IMG/VR virus record: IMGVR_UViG_3300010352_000625
Location: 64,001 to 128,000 of that record
Source: a virus
Lineage: Duplodnaviria > Caudoviricetes
Direction: 5' to 3' (one strand)
DNA length: 64,000 nucleotides
Shown here: in pieces, positions 1-11,129 of the stretch
Numbering within the stretch: position 1 is the first letter of the stretch
How the letters are laid out: each line of letters starts with the position of its first letter
Notes under the pieces: generated by a model
Databases searched by the model: none
Told to the model about the DNA's origin: nothing
What the model saw: only the letters and a program-made list of their open reading frames with translations
Translations under genes and position numbers: made by a program

Positions 1-562
1 AGAAAAAATTATTTGTATTATATTCAGTATTATTATTAACAAATACAGGCAAATCTTTCATTTCAAAATAATTATTAAATTTTTTAATATAAGTGTCTTT
101 AAGCATATTTTTATAAATGGTTGTACTACTAGGTATCAATTCCATTATATGATTATAATAATCTTTCAATTTTTTTAAATCTTCACTATTATTATAATCT
201 GAATCTATATACAAAAATTTATATCCAGAAACGTCAATTTGCTCCAATACAGTTGCATATTTTTTATTAAATCCAAATTCTATTTTATTACCAACTCTAG
301 TTAATACTTCTGTTACATATTTTAAAGGATAAGCATATATACCATAAGCACTAATATGCCCCCATCTAGATTTAGGATTTATACCTATTTTTAATTCATT
401 ACTAAAATGTACAAAATATTTAGGTTTATTAAAATATAAAGAATTAGGATTATCTTTATCTAAATAACGATACAAGATTGTATACAAAGGCTCTTTTTTA
501 TTAACATCACTATGACTTCTAGCTTCTGTTATAATATTATCTATATTTTTTAATATATTCAT
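1..562 (-). CDS. Partial hypothetical protein (runs off window start), probable virion-internal protein
   Basis: Not in ORF track. ATG at 562 with SD AGGAGA (571-576). Open frame MNILKNIDNIITEARSH...YFVHFSNELKIGINPKSRWGHISAYGIYAYPL resembles an uncharacterised large-phage family. Confidence 0.75.
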   Translation of the reverse strand, partial: MNILKNIDNIITEARSHSDVNKKEPLYTILYRYLDKDNPNSLYFNKPKYFVHFSNELKIGINPKSRWGHISAYGIYAYPLKYVTEVLTRVGNKIEFGFNKKYATVLEQIDVSGYKFLYIDSDYNNSEDLKKLKDYYNHIMELIPSSTTIYKNMLKDTYIKKFNNYFEMKDLPVFVNNNTEYNTNNFF

Positions 563-578
563 TTTATATATCTCCTAA

Positions 579-2963
579 CTATAAATTAACTATATCATCA
601 ATTGATAAAGGTCTACTTAATCTAGCAGTCAATAATGTTTCTATAGCTATATCAGTATTATATAGAAAATCAACAGGTCCTTTATAATCATAATTTTTTA
701 TAATAAATGCTTTAACATTAAATGTTATATCATAATTAAAATTATATGTAGATATAGTGTCTTTTTTACTATATACTTTATAAAATGTAATTATATTAGT
801 TAAATTCACAAAAGCATCTAGGTCTAATTTATAAATAAATTTATTTATTTTATCTCCAGATTTGACAACATAAATACTATACATTTTTTCAATTTTATTA
901 GAATTATATTGATTAGTAAATGTTATATCACCATAGTTTGGTATACGCCATCTATTATCAATTCTATATAAATCTCCATATATACTATCATAATTTTTAT
1001 TTTTACTATTATCAACTATATAAAAATCATATGAATTTATATTTTTAATATCAAATTCATGGTCTTCTATCCATTTAATTTTATCTTTCATTCTATTTAA
1101 TAATAAATTTAAATATTTTTCATCAATATATTTATTATTTGATAATGATTTATAATGTATAATATCTGGTAAATTTAATATAGATATTATCTTACCTGAT
1201 TCATTAATAACAGTTTTATTTTGATAATTATCCGCTGTTAAAGATTCAATTGCAATTTTAGTAATAATATTTGGGTTTTCAATATCTAGATGATCTATTA
1301 TTAAATTATATATATTTGCTAAACTATTAAAATTTTCTATATATTCAGTATTATTTTTTGATCGAGATGTAACTATTGCTTTTTTTATTATATCTATTCC
1401 TGTATTATTATCAATATTCAAAATTTTATTAAAATCAATAATATTACGTATTAATATTGATTTTTTATTTTCATTTGTTTTAATCTTAAAATTTTCTTTA
1501 CTATCATTATATAAATCAGGCATACTTTCAAATATACCTTCTTTATCATCTTGTATTTTATCTAAAAAATTATTAACAATATTTTTAAATTCTTCATATA
1601 TATTATCATCTAAACTAGCATCATTGTACACTCTATTTTCTGCATATAGTACTATTGACTTATCTTTAATATTTTGATATGGCTTAATAGCAATCCTAGC
1701 ATATGGGTGTTCAATATTTTTATCTGTTGGTTCAATTAAATATGCTACAAGAGTTCCTAATTCAATATCATTTATCAAATGTTGGTGATAAGCACCACCT
1801 GGATATATAGAAGGATCATCATCTGGCAATCTCATACAACTGGTCCATCTTCTATCAGTACTCATTCCTGCTATGTCATATGGATTTCTTGATATAACTA
1901 CAATTAATTTTATTTTACCATCATCATTTAATATACTTTTAGGTGGTAAACTAGATATATAATATGATATAATTTCTTTAACATCATATGCGTTTAATAT
2001 ATAATCATATTCTTCTTTTGTTACATTTTTAAGTTTTTGTTCTGTTAATAATTGTAAAAATTTAGTTAATTTATATTCTCTACCATCTTTACTATATATT
2101 CTATTATATAATATATCTAAATATAAATTTTCAAAATAATACTCAGTTAAATTATTAGTTAAAAAAGTAATAAATTTAGCAAAATCTACTGAAAACAAAT
2201 CTACTGAATAATCAACAGCTTTTATTTCCACATTATCATTTAAATACAATCTATTATTACCAATACCAAAAATATGATCATATCTTTTATCATATTCTTC
2301 TTTCATACTTTCATATAATTCTTTATAAGGGGCATATTGTTTTTCAGTTAATTTAGCTAGTAATGCATTAATATTATTTAATATGATATTATTTAATACG
2401 ATATTATTTCGTTTGTTATTTCGCATGTAAAAATTTGTTCTTGCGGCTCCACTAGGTTTATATTGTGTCCCATATTTTTTATCTATTTCATCAATATATA
2501 ATTCAATATGATCATTAAGATCATTTAATTGTTTATATAGTCTATTAAATTCAAGCGTGTTGTTTATTTGATTTTTATCTATTCTATATCTATGAATAAA
2601 TTCATAGTTATCTAATATATTATCAGGTATATCAGATATCTTAGGAAGTCCAGATTTAAATAATATATCATTTGCTCTTATTAAAGCATTAAGATAATTA
2701 TTTCCGTGTCCTTTTATTATTGAATACATATTAATATGAAATTTATGTCTAACTTTACATAAAAAAGACAAAGCTTCGTGTTGTTCAGTAGTTAGTGTAT
2801 TTACTAAAAAATTTTGTTCCATTTTATTTTTGATATATTGTTTTTTTAATTCTACCACTTCCGGGGCTAATCTGGAAATGATTACATTTATATTTTCTAT
2901 TATATTATTCATATTTAAATTATACAAATAAATCACCCTTATAAACTCGCAAAATAAATTCAC
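579..2963 (-). CDS. Hypothetical two-domain phage protein (true start probably near 2912-2927)
   Basis: 794-aa ORF. Block SRNPYDIAGMSTDRRWTSCM...GTLVAYLI...ARIAIKPY resembles a large-phage family. SD GGGTGA near 2933-2938. Confidence 0.7.
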   Translation of the reverse strand: MNLFCEFIRVIYLYNLNMNNIIENINVIISRLAPEVVELKKQYIKNKMEQNFLVNTLTTEQHEALSFLCKVRHKFHINMYSIIKGHGNNYLNALIRANDILFKSGLPKISDIPDNILDNYEFIHRYRIDKNQINNTLEFNRLYKQLNDLNDHIELYIDEIDKKYGTQYKPSGAARTNFYMRNNKRNNIVLNNIILNNINALLAKLTEKQYAPYKELYESMKEEYDKRYDHIFGIGNNRLYLNDNVEIKAVDYSVDLFSVDFAKFITFLTNNLTEYYFENLYLDILYNRIYSKDGREYKLTKFLQLLTEQKLKNVTKEEYDYILNAYDVKEIISYYISSLPPKSILNDDGKIKLIVVISRNPYDIAGMSTDRRWTSCMRLPDDDPSIYPGGAYHQHLINDIELGTLVAYLIEPTDKNIEHPYARIAIKPYQNIKDKSIVLYAENRVYNDASLDDNIYEEFKNIVNNFLDKIQDDKEGIFESMPDLYNDSKENFKIKTNENKKSILIRNIIDFNKILNIDNNTGIDIIKKAIVTSRSKNNTEYIENFNSLANIYNLIIDHLDIENPNIITKIAIESLTADNYQNKTVINESGKIISILNLPDIIHYKSLSNNKYIDEKYLNLLLNRMKDKIKWIEDHEFDIKNINSYDFYIVDNSKNKNYDSIYGDLYRIDNRWRIPNYGDITFTNQYNSNKIEKMYSIYVVKSGDKINKFIYKLDLDAFVNLTNIITFYKVYSKKDTISTYNFNYDITFNVKAFIIKNYDYKGPVDFLYNTDIAIETLLTARLSRPLSIDDIVNL

Positions 2964-2986
2964 ATAATTAATTTCATTTTTAATAT

Positions 2987-3020
2987 AAAAAATAAGTGAA
3001 GCTATAAAAACTTCACTTAT
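2987..3020 (-). terminator. Rho-independent terminator
   Basis: Stem ATAAGTGAAG/CTTCACTTAT followed by a T-run on the minus strand, just after the A1-like gene. Confidence 0.8.
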
Positions 3021-3052
3021 AAATAAATTATTATAATGTTTATAATATAAAA

Positions 3053-5002
3053 TTAATCTGTTATATCTTCACTCGGTATTTTCCAACTATATTTGTTATT
3101 GTAATTTATAATATTTATCAATTGATAGGTGCCATTTTCATATATAATACCAACACCTTGAACCCATGAACTTAATCCAATATTATAAGATAATCTTAAT
3201 TTAGAGCTAGTTCCAACAGATACAGCACCTTTAAGAATTTTTGGTTGATGAGTATGTGCTGACATAGATTTCTTATAAGCTTTTCTATATGTAGTTAGAC
3301 TACCCTTAGCTCCGTTTGCACCTCTATGACCATGCTGACTTATTTCAACTCCATGAAAATTAAAATCTTCATTAGGTTCTAACCATTTTGTTTTATCTTT
3401 ATTTTTAAAACTAGTTTGGTTTTCAATCATATAACGTAAAGGTAAAATTTCTCCATCAATCATAGATTTAACAATATCTAATGAATATCTAAGATTTACT
3501 TTATCAAAAGCATATCTACCTTCTTCTAGATAATTATCTAAATGTGAATGATGATTAGAATCAACTATTATCATTTGCCCATCAATAGCATCAGCAAAAT
3601 AATCCAATAAATTAGCAACCATTTCAGATTCAGATTCTAATGAGATATTATTGGATGCCGCTTTTCTAGCTAGTGTTACTGTTTTGTTTTTATCGTGATG
3701 AGTTATAGATATTGCTGAAAACACATCATGTAAAACTAAATTATTAATACCTATAACATCAATCATATCATGTTCAATAGACAAAACTTCTTCATCGTGT
3801 TCACCAAAATGACTATCTCCTACTACCATAACACTATTTTTAGCTTTACTAATAGAACCATCTGGTTTATATATAATTCCTAAATCAATAATTTCCCCAT
3901 CACTGCCCATTTGTACTTGTCTAAAATGAAACACTTTATCATTTTCAATCTCAACTATAATTCCGCCTAATACATGTTCATACTCAGCAATTTTGTTTAA
4001 TCTCTGAGACATATATAAATCATTAGAATAATCGTTCTCAGTTATTGCACCTGTGGTCATTATAGCATTAGGAATACAATTATTACTATTAGCTACAAAA
4101 TCTAAATCCTGTTTAGGACTAGCAATAATAACATTACCATCTTGTGTTAATTGAGGTAGACCAGTTTGTGGGTTTATTTGTTTAGCTGATACTTTAATAT
4201 CAGAAATATATATACTATCGTTTAAATAAGTATCTTTATATATTATATAAAAATCATCTTGTTTTAATTCAGGTGATAGTTGCCAACTAAAGGCTGATTT
4301 TCTATTAATAACATCTTCACACGGTAAAACAAGACATATAGAATCAGTTTCATTCATATATGTTTTTATCGAATTTAACAGATTTTTATTTACCTTTTTA
4401 CCTGATACTGCTGTTGTTATAAAATATTTTCTTTTACTATTAATAGCTTCTAGTGTATTTTTTCGATATTCATCATTAAAAGTTTCTTCGTTAAGAATAT
4501 ATTTATCCATATCATCATATTTTCTAGCACAAGCTATATATAACTCTGTTTCAGTGTTAAAATATTTATCTGCTCTAAATGATAATATATTATTTAATAC
4601 TGAAAATTTAGGTATATAATTATGTTTTTTAATATATTTATATAGAGAATCAATACATTCTTCTATTTTTAATTCGTCTTTAATTTTAGAATCTAAATAA
4701 GATTGTTCGTTTTTCTCTTGTTCAATTCTAATTCTATCTAATTTAGTTATTTCACCATCAGCTGAAAACAATGAGTCCAAAAAAGTACTTGGTTTAGCTT
4801 GATTGTCTATAAATAATTCCCACCTATTTTTATCTATTGAATTAATAGTATTTGGATAATCTTTTAATATTGTAGTATGTTTCCTATATTCTTCTCGACA
4901 AAAATCACGTCTAGGATAATTATTATTTTTTCTCCAATTTTGAAATATATTAATAAATTCTTCAAATGTCATATCTAAAATTAATTCACCTTTCTTAATC
5001 AA
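3053..5002 (-). CDS. T5 A1-like metallophosphoesterase / DNase
   Basis: Motifs YFITTA, INPQTGL, TTGAIT, FHFRQV, GDSH, HD, SNHH, HGHRGANGAKGS, AHTHQP and YNIGLSSW match the T5 A1 family pattern. Confidence 0.75.
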   Translation of the reverse strand: MIKKGELILDMTFEEFINIFQNWRKNNNYPRRDFCREEYRKHTTILKDYPNTINSIDKNRWELFIDNQAKPSTFLDSLFSADGEITKLDRIRIEQEKNEQSYLDSKIKDELKIEECIDSLYKYIKKHNYIPKFSVLNNILSFRADKYFNTETELYIACARKYDDMDKYILNEETFNDEYRKNTLEAINSKRKYFITTAVSGKKVNKNLLNSIKTYMNETDSICLVLPCEDVINRKSAFSWQLSPELKQDDFYIIYKDTYLNDSIYISDIKVSAKQINPQTGLPQLTQDGNVIIASPKQDLDFVANSNNCIPNAIMTTGAITENDYSNDLYMSQRLNKIAEYEHVLGGIIVEIENDKVFHFRQVQMGSDGEIIDLGIIYKPDGSISKAKNSVMVVGDSHFGEHDEEVLSIEHDMIDVIGINNLVLHDVFSAISITHHDKNKTVTLARKAASNNISLESESEMVANLLDYFADAIDGQMIIVDSNHHSHLDNYLEEGRYAFDKVNLRYSLDIVKSMIDGEILPLRYMIENQTSFKNKDKTKWLEPNEDFNFHGVEISQHGHRGANGAKGSLTTYRKAYKKSMSAHTHQPKILKGAVSVGTSSKLRLSYNIGLSSWVQGVGIIYENGTYQLINIINYNNKYSWKIPSEDITD

Positions 5003-6803
5003 TATATTTAGCTACACTTATTTTATCTTTTTTAGTAACTAATATACGTTTTATACTAGTTGTTTCTGGTATATTTTCTAATGGTATGGGAATGTGACTA
5101 ACTAAATATAAATCTATACCATGACGTTGTTGCACATCTAATAATGTTTCTATCACATTATTAATACCAATAGGGTCTAGCGAATCTAAAAGTTCATCCA
5201 TAATTAAAAATTTAGGCATATTAGGATTAATATAACTATTGAACTCATATAGACTTAACATCATTGATATATCTATTCTTTTTCTTTCCCCACTACTCAT
5301 TTGCCAGTAATTAGTTTCATATCCATTGTAATATATATTAATGTCAATATCACCATCATCACTGATAGTAATCTTAGCTAATATTTCATTGTTGTATAAT
5401 TTAGATATATAATATTCAAATATATCACTTAATATGGCTATATATTTTCTTATGATGGCACTTCTTAACAATGACTTAGGTGAAAATATGTTATACCAAT
5501 AATCTACTGATTCAGACCATTCTTCTCTAATTTTAATAGCATTATTTAACCCTATTAATTTTAATTCATATTTACTTTTGTCTACACTATCTTCTTTCTT
5601 ATTATCAACATTTAATATATCCTTTTTGATTTTAGATATATCATTATTAATATTTCTAATATTTTGTTCTCTAAGTCTCAACTCAGTATTTATTTTATTA
5701 ATAATATTCTGATAATTATCAATACTATTTTTAACTTCTTTAATCTGTTTGTTCAATTCGTTAGTTTCTTCTTGATTAGTTTTAATAATCAATTGAAATT
5801 CATTTTGTTCACTGATATATGCTTTACTAATAGTATCAACATATTCACCTGTTACCATTTGTTGACAGGTAGGACATTTAACACCACTTAACTTAGTAAA
5901 TCTAGAAATTTCTTTTTCTATTTTATCTAAATTATTTCTAGCTATTAATATTAACTCATGTTTATCATTATAATCTTTCGTTAATGAATCCAATTCATTC
6001 TTTTTATTATCAATTAAATCTTTATACTCACTAATATCAGTAACTTCTTCATTTTCAGCTTCTTTTAATTTTTCATTTAAATCATCTAACTTTTTATTTA
6101 AATAATCAACATATTCATCTTTATTATCTTCAACAATGGAAATTATTTCTTCTGTATTTTTTTTACTCATATAAAGCTTTTCTAACATTCTTTCATTAGA
6201 TGTTTTAAAATTTTTAGCTTTTTCGTAGTAGTTATCTATTAGAGTAAGGTCGACCATATTTTTAAAAAAATCTAATCTCTGTCCATAATTCATGGCTAAC
6301 AAATTAATATTATCATGATAATAGACTACTACTTGCGAAAATACTTCAGGAGTAAGATTAATAAACATTTTAATATCTTTGTCAGATAAACTTTTAGTTC
6401 TTTTTGTTTTTAATTCTCCATCTATATTTACATCAACACTACTGGAACCTTTGATTGATTTATTACGTTCTATATTAAGTTTTGATTGACCATTAACTTC
6501 ATCATTAATTAAATATGTAATGATATTTGACATCTTACTACTACCATTACGTATCATTTCATTTAATTTAACCTTCTGTTTATTTCCTCTTAATCCTCTA
6601 CCAAATATATTATACATGACAGATTCACCAATCAACGTACTTTTTCCACTACCATTACTGGAAGATTCGTTCTCAACATCGCTATCATAATTAATACCAT
6701 CAATAATATATATAGTGGGTTTTTCATTTATATCATTTGTTAATTCTATAGTATCACTTTTAAATGACATAAAATTATTTAATTCTATTTTAGATAATCT
6801 CAT
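4995..6803 (-). CDS. Rad50/SbcC-like recombination ATPase (T4 gp46-like)
   Basis: Walker A NGSGKST, coiled coil with CPTC zinc hook, signature SSGE, Walker B LIMDE, H-loop VSH. Confidence 0.95.
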   Translation of the reverse strand: MRLSKIELNNFMSFKSDTIELTNDINEKPTIYIIDGINYDSDVENESSSNGSGKSTLIGESVMYNIFGRGLRGNKQKVKLNEMIRNGSSKMSNIITYLINDEVNGQSKLNIERNKSIKGSSSVDVNIDGELKTKRTKSLSDKDIKMFINLTPEVFSQVVVYYHDNINLLAMNYGQRLDFFKNMVDLTLIDNYYEKAKNFKTSNERMLEKLYMSKKNTEEIISIVEDNKDEYVDYLNKKLDDLNEKLKEAENEEVTDISEYKDLIDNKKNELDSLTKDYNDKHELILIARNNLDKIEKEISRFTKLSGVKCPTCQQMVTGEYVDTISKAYISEQNEFQLIIKTNQEETNELNKQIKEVKNSIDNYQNIINKINTELRLREQNIRNINNDISKIKKDILNVDNKKEDSVDKSKYELKLIGLNNAIKIREEWSESVDYWYNIFSPKSLLRSAIIRKYIAILSDIFEYYISKLYNNEILAKITISDDGDIDINIYYNGYETNYWQMSSGERKRIDISMMLSLYEFNSYINPNMPKFLIMDELLDSLDPIGINNVIETLLDVQQRHGIDLYLVSHIPIPLENIPETTSIKRILVTKKDKISVAKYID

Positions 6804-6804
6804 T

Positions 6805-6975
6805 CTATTTTCCCTTATCTTTATTTATCAGAACATCTTTTCTGAGTTTGCAATAGTCAACCCAATCTTTTAATGTTATGATTAATCCAAAACCTTCATA
6901 TGTTTTTTTATTAACTATCATAATAGATAGTGATACTAACATTATAGCTATTCTTAATCGTATATTATCTAACAT
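6805..6975 (-). CDS. Small hypothetical protein (56 aa, hydrophobic N-terminus)
   Basis: MLDNIRLRIAIMLVSLSIMIV...KGK*. SD AGGGGT upstream; fills the gap between the gp47-like and gp46-like genes. Confidence 0.55.
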   Translation of the reverse strand: MLDNIRLRIAIMLVSLSIMIVNKKTYEGFGLIITLKDWVDYCKLRKDVLINKDKGK

Positions 6976-6989
6976 AATTTCATACCCCT

Positions 6990-8132
6990 TTAATCATGAT
7001 AATTAAATATTTTAAGTATATCTACAGCATTTTGTTTGTTAATCGGTTCTTTAAATTGCAAAGCATAATCTACTAATTTTTCTTTTGTGATTAAATTGTT
7101 GTTAATCATCGATTCAAATTCTTTAAATGCATCCGATGATATATTAGATGATTTTAATCCGGAATCATCAATCATAGACTTTTGAAAATTAACTGATTTA
7201 AAGAAATGTTTTAATTTTGATATATCTCTAGTCTCTTGACTATTACTATATATGTACTGTATTTTAGTTTTACTTAATTTTTCTTCAGAACTTTCGGTGC
7301 AATAATCAGAAAAAATATCAAAATTTCTAAATACTTTATAAATGTAAGTGTGTGGATTGTCAATATATCTCATTGACATATCATCAAAATCCATCATATA
7401 AATACCTTTATTTTCCCCAGTATTTCTAAAGTCAACATTTCTACAACTACCAATATATTTAACTAATTTATCTCTAACTTTAATCTCTTGTGGGTCGTGA
7501 ATATGACCTAACAATACTAAATCATATTTATATTTGTCAATCAATTCTTCTGGTGTTGGAATATTTTCTGATACATCACAACCATCTTTAACTATCATAT
7601 TGTAACCGTGCTTTGTATCAAAATGACCCATAGCTATTCTAGTTGTACCAATCGCAAACTTATTTTTTATACTATCTAAACTTTCAATTATATTAGTTGA
7701 ATATGGAATAAAAGCAATTTCAATATTTGTATTATCTAAATGAACTACGGCTGGTTTGTCAAATACCATAACATTAGGATAATAACTGAACATTGATAAT
7801 AACGAACTTCTTATATTTAATGTAGAATCACCTATTTTAATATTATTAGCTTTATTATCAACATCATCATGATTACCTAAAATAAATATTAAACTAGTTT
7901 CAAGCGACATGTCATATATTATTTTAGATATAATAGAAATAACAGGAGTAGTAATACTATAAGGTGAATCAAATATATCACCAAAAAATATAGTATAATC
8001 TGGCTTTTCTATTTCTATTGTATTTTTAATTAAACTAAAAGTATTAAAAATCTCTTGAAATGTATCACTATTTGAAATTGAACTTTTACTGTTTGGTATA
8101 TGTAAATCTCCAACTAATAAAGATTTTGACAT
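6990..8132 (-). CDS. Mre11/SbcD-like nuclease (T4 gp47-like)
   Basis: GDLH, GDIFD, GNHD and GHIH motifs; adjacent to the Rad50-like gene. Confidence 0.93.
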   Translation of the reverse strand: MSKSLLVGDLHIPNSKSSISNSDTFQEIFNTFSLIKNTIEIEKPDYTIFFGDIFDSPYSITTPVISIISKIIYDMSLETSLIFILGNHDDVDNKANNIKIGDSTLNIRSSLLSMFSYYPNVMVFDKPAVVHLDNTNIEIAFIPYSTNIIESLDSIKNKFAIGTTRIAMGHFDTKHGYNMIVKDGCDVSENIPTPEELIDKYKYDLVLLGHIHDPQEIKVRDKLVKYIGSCRNVDFRNTGENKGIYMMDFDDMSMRYIDNPHTYIYKVFRNFDIFSDYCTESSEEKLSKTKIQYIYSNSQETRDISKLKHFFKSVNFQKSMIDDSGLKSSNISSDAFKEFESMINNNLITKEKLVDYALQFKEPINKQNAVDILKIFNYHD

Positions 8133-8135
8133 TAA

Positions 8136-9215
8136 TTATCCACCTTTAGATCGTAAACTTAGCAAACCAATATTTATTCTTTTCTCTAACTGCATAAACA
8201 CTAAAGATGATTTACTATTTTTATTTAATATTTTTTGATACTCAATATTATCCACATTATCCTTGTATCTTTCTAACTTTAACATTTTTATAAATTCTTT
8301 TCTATTAAATTTTACATTATTTTTTATACTTCGTTTAATAGCATTTTGAATATTATAAATATAAGGCGTTTCAATCATCGATAAATCTATCATTGATTGA
8401 TTAGTTTTAATTATTTTCTTATTCTCTATAAATGTTTGCTGACAATTAATAAGAAATTTTAATTCCTTTTTATCTAATTCTACATCTTCATTATTGATTA
8501 GTTCTGTAATCATATCAATTAATGTTTCAATATTATCAGGGATTAAAATATCTTCATAATATTGATATATAATATTAAAAAGTTTGCTCACTTTTCCCCA
8601 ACCTAAATTTTGAACTCCTTTAATATTATCTGAAATGTCACCTGTAATAGACTTTGCTAAAGCATAATTTTTTGAATTAAAATATTTTTCATCAAATTTC
8701 TTATATTTAACATACCAATTATTAATGTTAATATCATTTTTATACCAATCATATATATCAACATTTTTATCTAACAATTGAATAAAATCTGAATCAGAAC
8801 TAGCAATAGTAATATGAATTTTATTATCCAATTTCTTAATGTAATCAGCAAGACAATATATAATTGTATCTGCTTCAGTATCTTTAATGTCAATGAAAGG
8901 AAAAGGTAGTGTCAACATCATATTTTTAATATACTCAACATAACTCTTTTCTTTTTCTTCATCTGTCATCGATTTACTTCTTTTTCTATTAGCTTTATAT
9001 GTACCTGAAGATAAAGCTATAGCTCTTTTGTTTCGACCATTATCAGAACAAATAAATACAACATCAGGTTTTAGTATATTAATAGTATCACATATTTTAT
9101 TGAGTATATTAAATGTTAGTTTATCTATCAATTCACCTTCGCTATATTTAGTTATGTCATATGCGTAGGTATATCTTTTTACTATATTAAAAAAATCTAA
9201 TATTAGAACTTTCAC
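8136..9215 (-). CDS. 5'-3' exonuclease / T4 RNase H-like flap nuclease
   Basis: YKANR, EADTII, SSDSDFIQL and GDISDNIKGV (H3TH) motifs. Confidence 0.93.
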   Translation of the reverse strand: MKVLILDFFNIVKRYTYAYDITKYSEGELIDKLTFNILNKICDTINILKPDVVFICSDNGRNKRAIALSSGTYKANRKRSKSMTDEEKEKSYVEYIKNMMLTLPFPFIDIKDTEADTIIYCLADYIKKLDNKIHITIASSDSDFIQLLDKNVDIYDWYKNDININNWYVKYKKFDEKYFNSKNYALAKSITGDISDNIKGVQNLGWGKVSKLFNIIYQYYEDILIPDNIETLIDMITELINNEDVELDKKELKFLINCQQTFIENKKIIKTNQSMIDLSMIETPYIYNIQNAIKRSIKNNVKFNRKEFIKMLKLERYKDNVDNIEYQKILNKNSKSSLVFMQLEKRINIGLLSLRSKGG

Positions 9216-9289
9216 ACAATTAACTCCTTAGAATAATCTATACTAATTAACTTGTATCATTAGTATAGATTATCACTTAATAATATAGA

Positions 9290-10093
9290 TTAATCTTTCT
9301 GAGCGGGTACACTTATTGTTGCTGTTATACCTTCTTTTTCAGAAGCAATTGTAAATGATACTACTGGATTACTGATAAGAGTACTAATATCGTAATCTTT
9401 AAACTTCAAAAGTCTACTCATAACATCAACTAAATTATAATCATATTTAGCATCAATCTTTATTTTATCGACTAATATTGGTGTAAATGTATATTCAAAA
9501 TTATTTTTGATATAATCTTCTGAATACACAACTAATCTATCTTTATTAGTTTTAATATTAAATCTCAAATCTTCTGTTTTGTTTGGTGTGAGAATGTTTG
9601 AGCTATCAATAAAATCTTTCATTTCATCTTTATCTAAATCAAGTATAAAAAAACCATCATTTTTAAGACCGATATTATTACTAATTACTGCCTCATACAT
9701 ATCTACATTAGTTTCTGGGAGTTCATATATATCCTTTTCAAGTAACTGATATAATTGAATAGACATTTTTTTATTTTTTGTTTGTATTAATATTCTAGTT
9801 TTATTAATTTGAATCGAATCATATATAGGATTAAACAATGTACTCAGTACTGCTCTATTTGTTTGCAATCTGATAATCATCATTGAAGATGTTTCTAATT
9901 CTTTAATGTCATCTAATTGTACCCTACCATAAAAAGAAACATCACCGTTAATATCAGTAGAATCTATTCTAGCAAAACAATTATTATTTTCATCTTTCCC
10001 TATTTTAAGAGGAACATGGGTAAAGGTATCTGGTATAATACTAAAAAACTTTTTCAATCTGTTAATGTTTGTGTTGGTAATAGTTATATTCAT
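9290..10093 (-). CDS. Probable sliding clamp (gp45/PCNA-like)
   Basis: 267 aa, directly downstream of the clamp loader, with a beta-rich PCNA-like pattern. Largely a positional call. Confidence 0.6.
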   Translation of the reverse strand: MNITITNTNINRLKKFFSIIPDTFTHVPLKIGKDENNNCFARIDSTDINGDVSFYGRVQLDDIKELETSSMMIIRLQTNRAVLSTLFNPIYDSIQINKTRILIQTKNKKMSIQLYQLLEKDIYELPETNVDMYEAVISNNIGLKNDGFFILDLDKDEMKDFIDSSNILTPNKTEDLRFNIKTNKDRLVVYSEDYIKNNFEYTFTPILVDKIKIDAKYDYNLVDVMSRLLKFKDYDISTLISNPVVSFTIASEKEGITATISVPAQKD

Positions 10094-10113
10094 ATATTTT
10101 CATTTCTCCTTTA

Positions 10114-11058
10114 TTATTTCAATATATCTTTAATGTTAAATATACAACTCAAAAAGACAAGATCCCGGTCAAACACAATTTTATTTTTGTAAGCATGTTC
10201 CGCAATTACTATTACTGCATCAGAACTATTATATTTTTCAACACAATAATCTTTCATTGCAATATAAATATCTTCATCAAACACCATCTTCTTAGTTAAT
10301 TCAGATATTTTTTTAACATCTTTGGTACTAAATACAGCATCGAAAAATTTGTCATACTTTTCATTATTACTACTATTGATTAAATCAGCTTTTAAAACAT
10401 CAGAACATTTTGAATTCTTCTGAGTTTCATTGATAATTTTTCTGATATCTGGGGAATAATTCTTGATTACAACAGCAATATAATCATCATCAAATTTTAT
10501 ATTTTCATTATCTAAAATATTAACTAACAATTCAGCTATATCAAGAGAATCTGGTATCAATTCAAATTCAGCACATCTTGATCTAATAGGAGTAATTATT
10601 TTATTGATGTAATTACAGGTCAAAATAAATCTACAATTATCAGAAGCAGTTTCCATAAGTTCTCTCAAAGAATCTTGTGCTACTGGTAAAAGACCATCGG
10701 CTTCATTAAGAATTATAATTTTCTTCTTATTCATGAATGAGGCAGTATTAGCAAAGTTCTGTACCTTATCACGAATAGTGTCAATACCTCTTTCTTCGGA
10801 AGCGTTAATTGTTAAATAATTGCAATCCATATTATTTACAATTACATTTACAATACTATTCTTACCAGTACCAGCTCTGCCGTACAGCAACATATTTGGA
10901 ATGTCGCATTTCTCAATACAATCAGAAATAAATTTCTTTATTTCAGCACTACATATCAAACTTTCTACACTTTTAGGTCTATACTTTTCAACCCATAAAG
11001 AATGTAAAGCATTACTAATTTCTACAGATGTGGAATTAATCTCTTTTATTTTAGCCAT
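10114..11058 (-). CDS. Clamp loader AAA+ subunit (gp44 / RFC small subunit)
   Basis: LWVEKYRP, GRAGTGKN, INASEERGID, NEAD and SRC motifs. Confidence 0.96.
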   Translation of the reverse strand: MAKIKEINSTSVEISNALHSLWVEKYRPKSVESLICSAEIKKFISDCIEKCDIPNMLLYGRAGTGKNSIVNVIVNNMDCNYLTINASEERGIDTIRDKVQNFANTASFMNKKKIIILNEADGLLPVAQDSLRELMETASDNCRFILTCNYINKIITPIRSRCAEFELIPDSLDIAELLVNILDNENIKFDDDYIAVVIKNYSPDIRKIINETQKNSKCSDVLKADLINSSNNEKYDKFFDAVFSTKDVKKISELTKKMVFDEDIYIAMKDYCVEKYNSSDAVIVIAEHAYKNKIVFDRDLVFLSCIFNIKDILK

Positions 11059-11095
11059 TTAAATACTCCTTCATTTAATATTTCAAGTTTAGTTA

Positions 11096-11124
11096 ATTAT
11101 ATCATATATATTACTATTTGTCAA
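11096..11124 (-). promoter_or_regulatory. Consensus SigA/sigma70 promoter for the replication/recombination operon
   Basis: TTGACA-aatagtaatatatatga(17)-TATAAT, extended -10 TG. Confidence 0.9.
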
Positions 11125-11129
11125 CAGAT

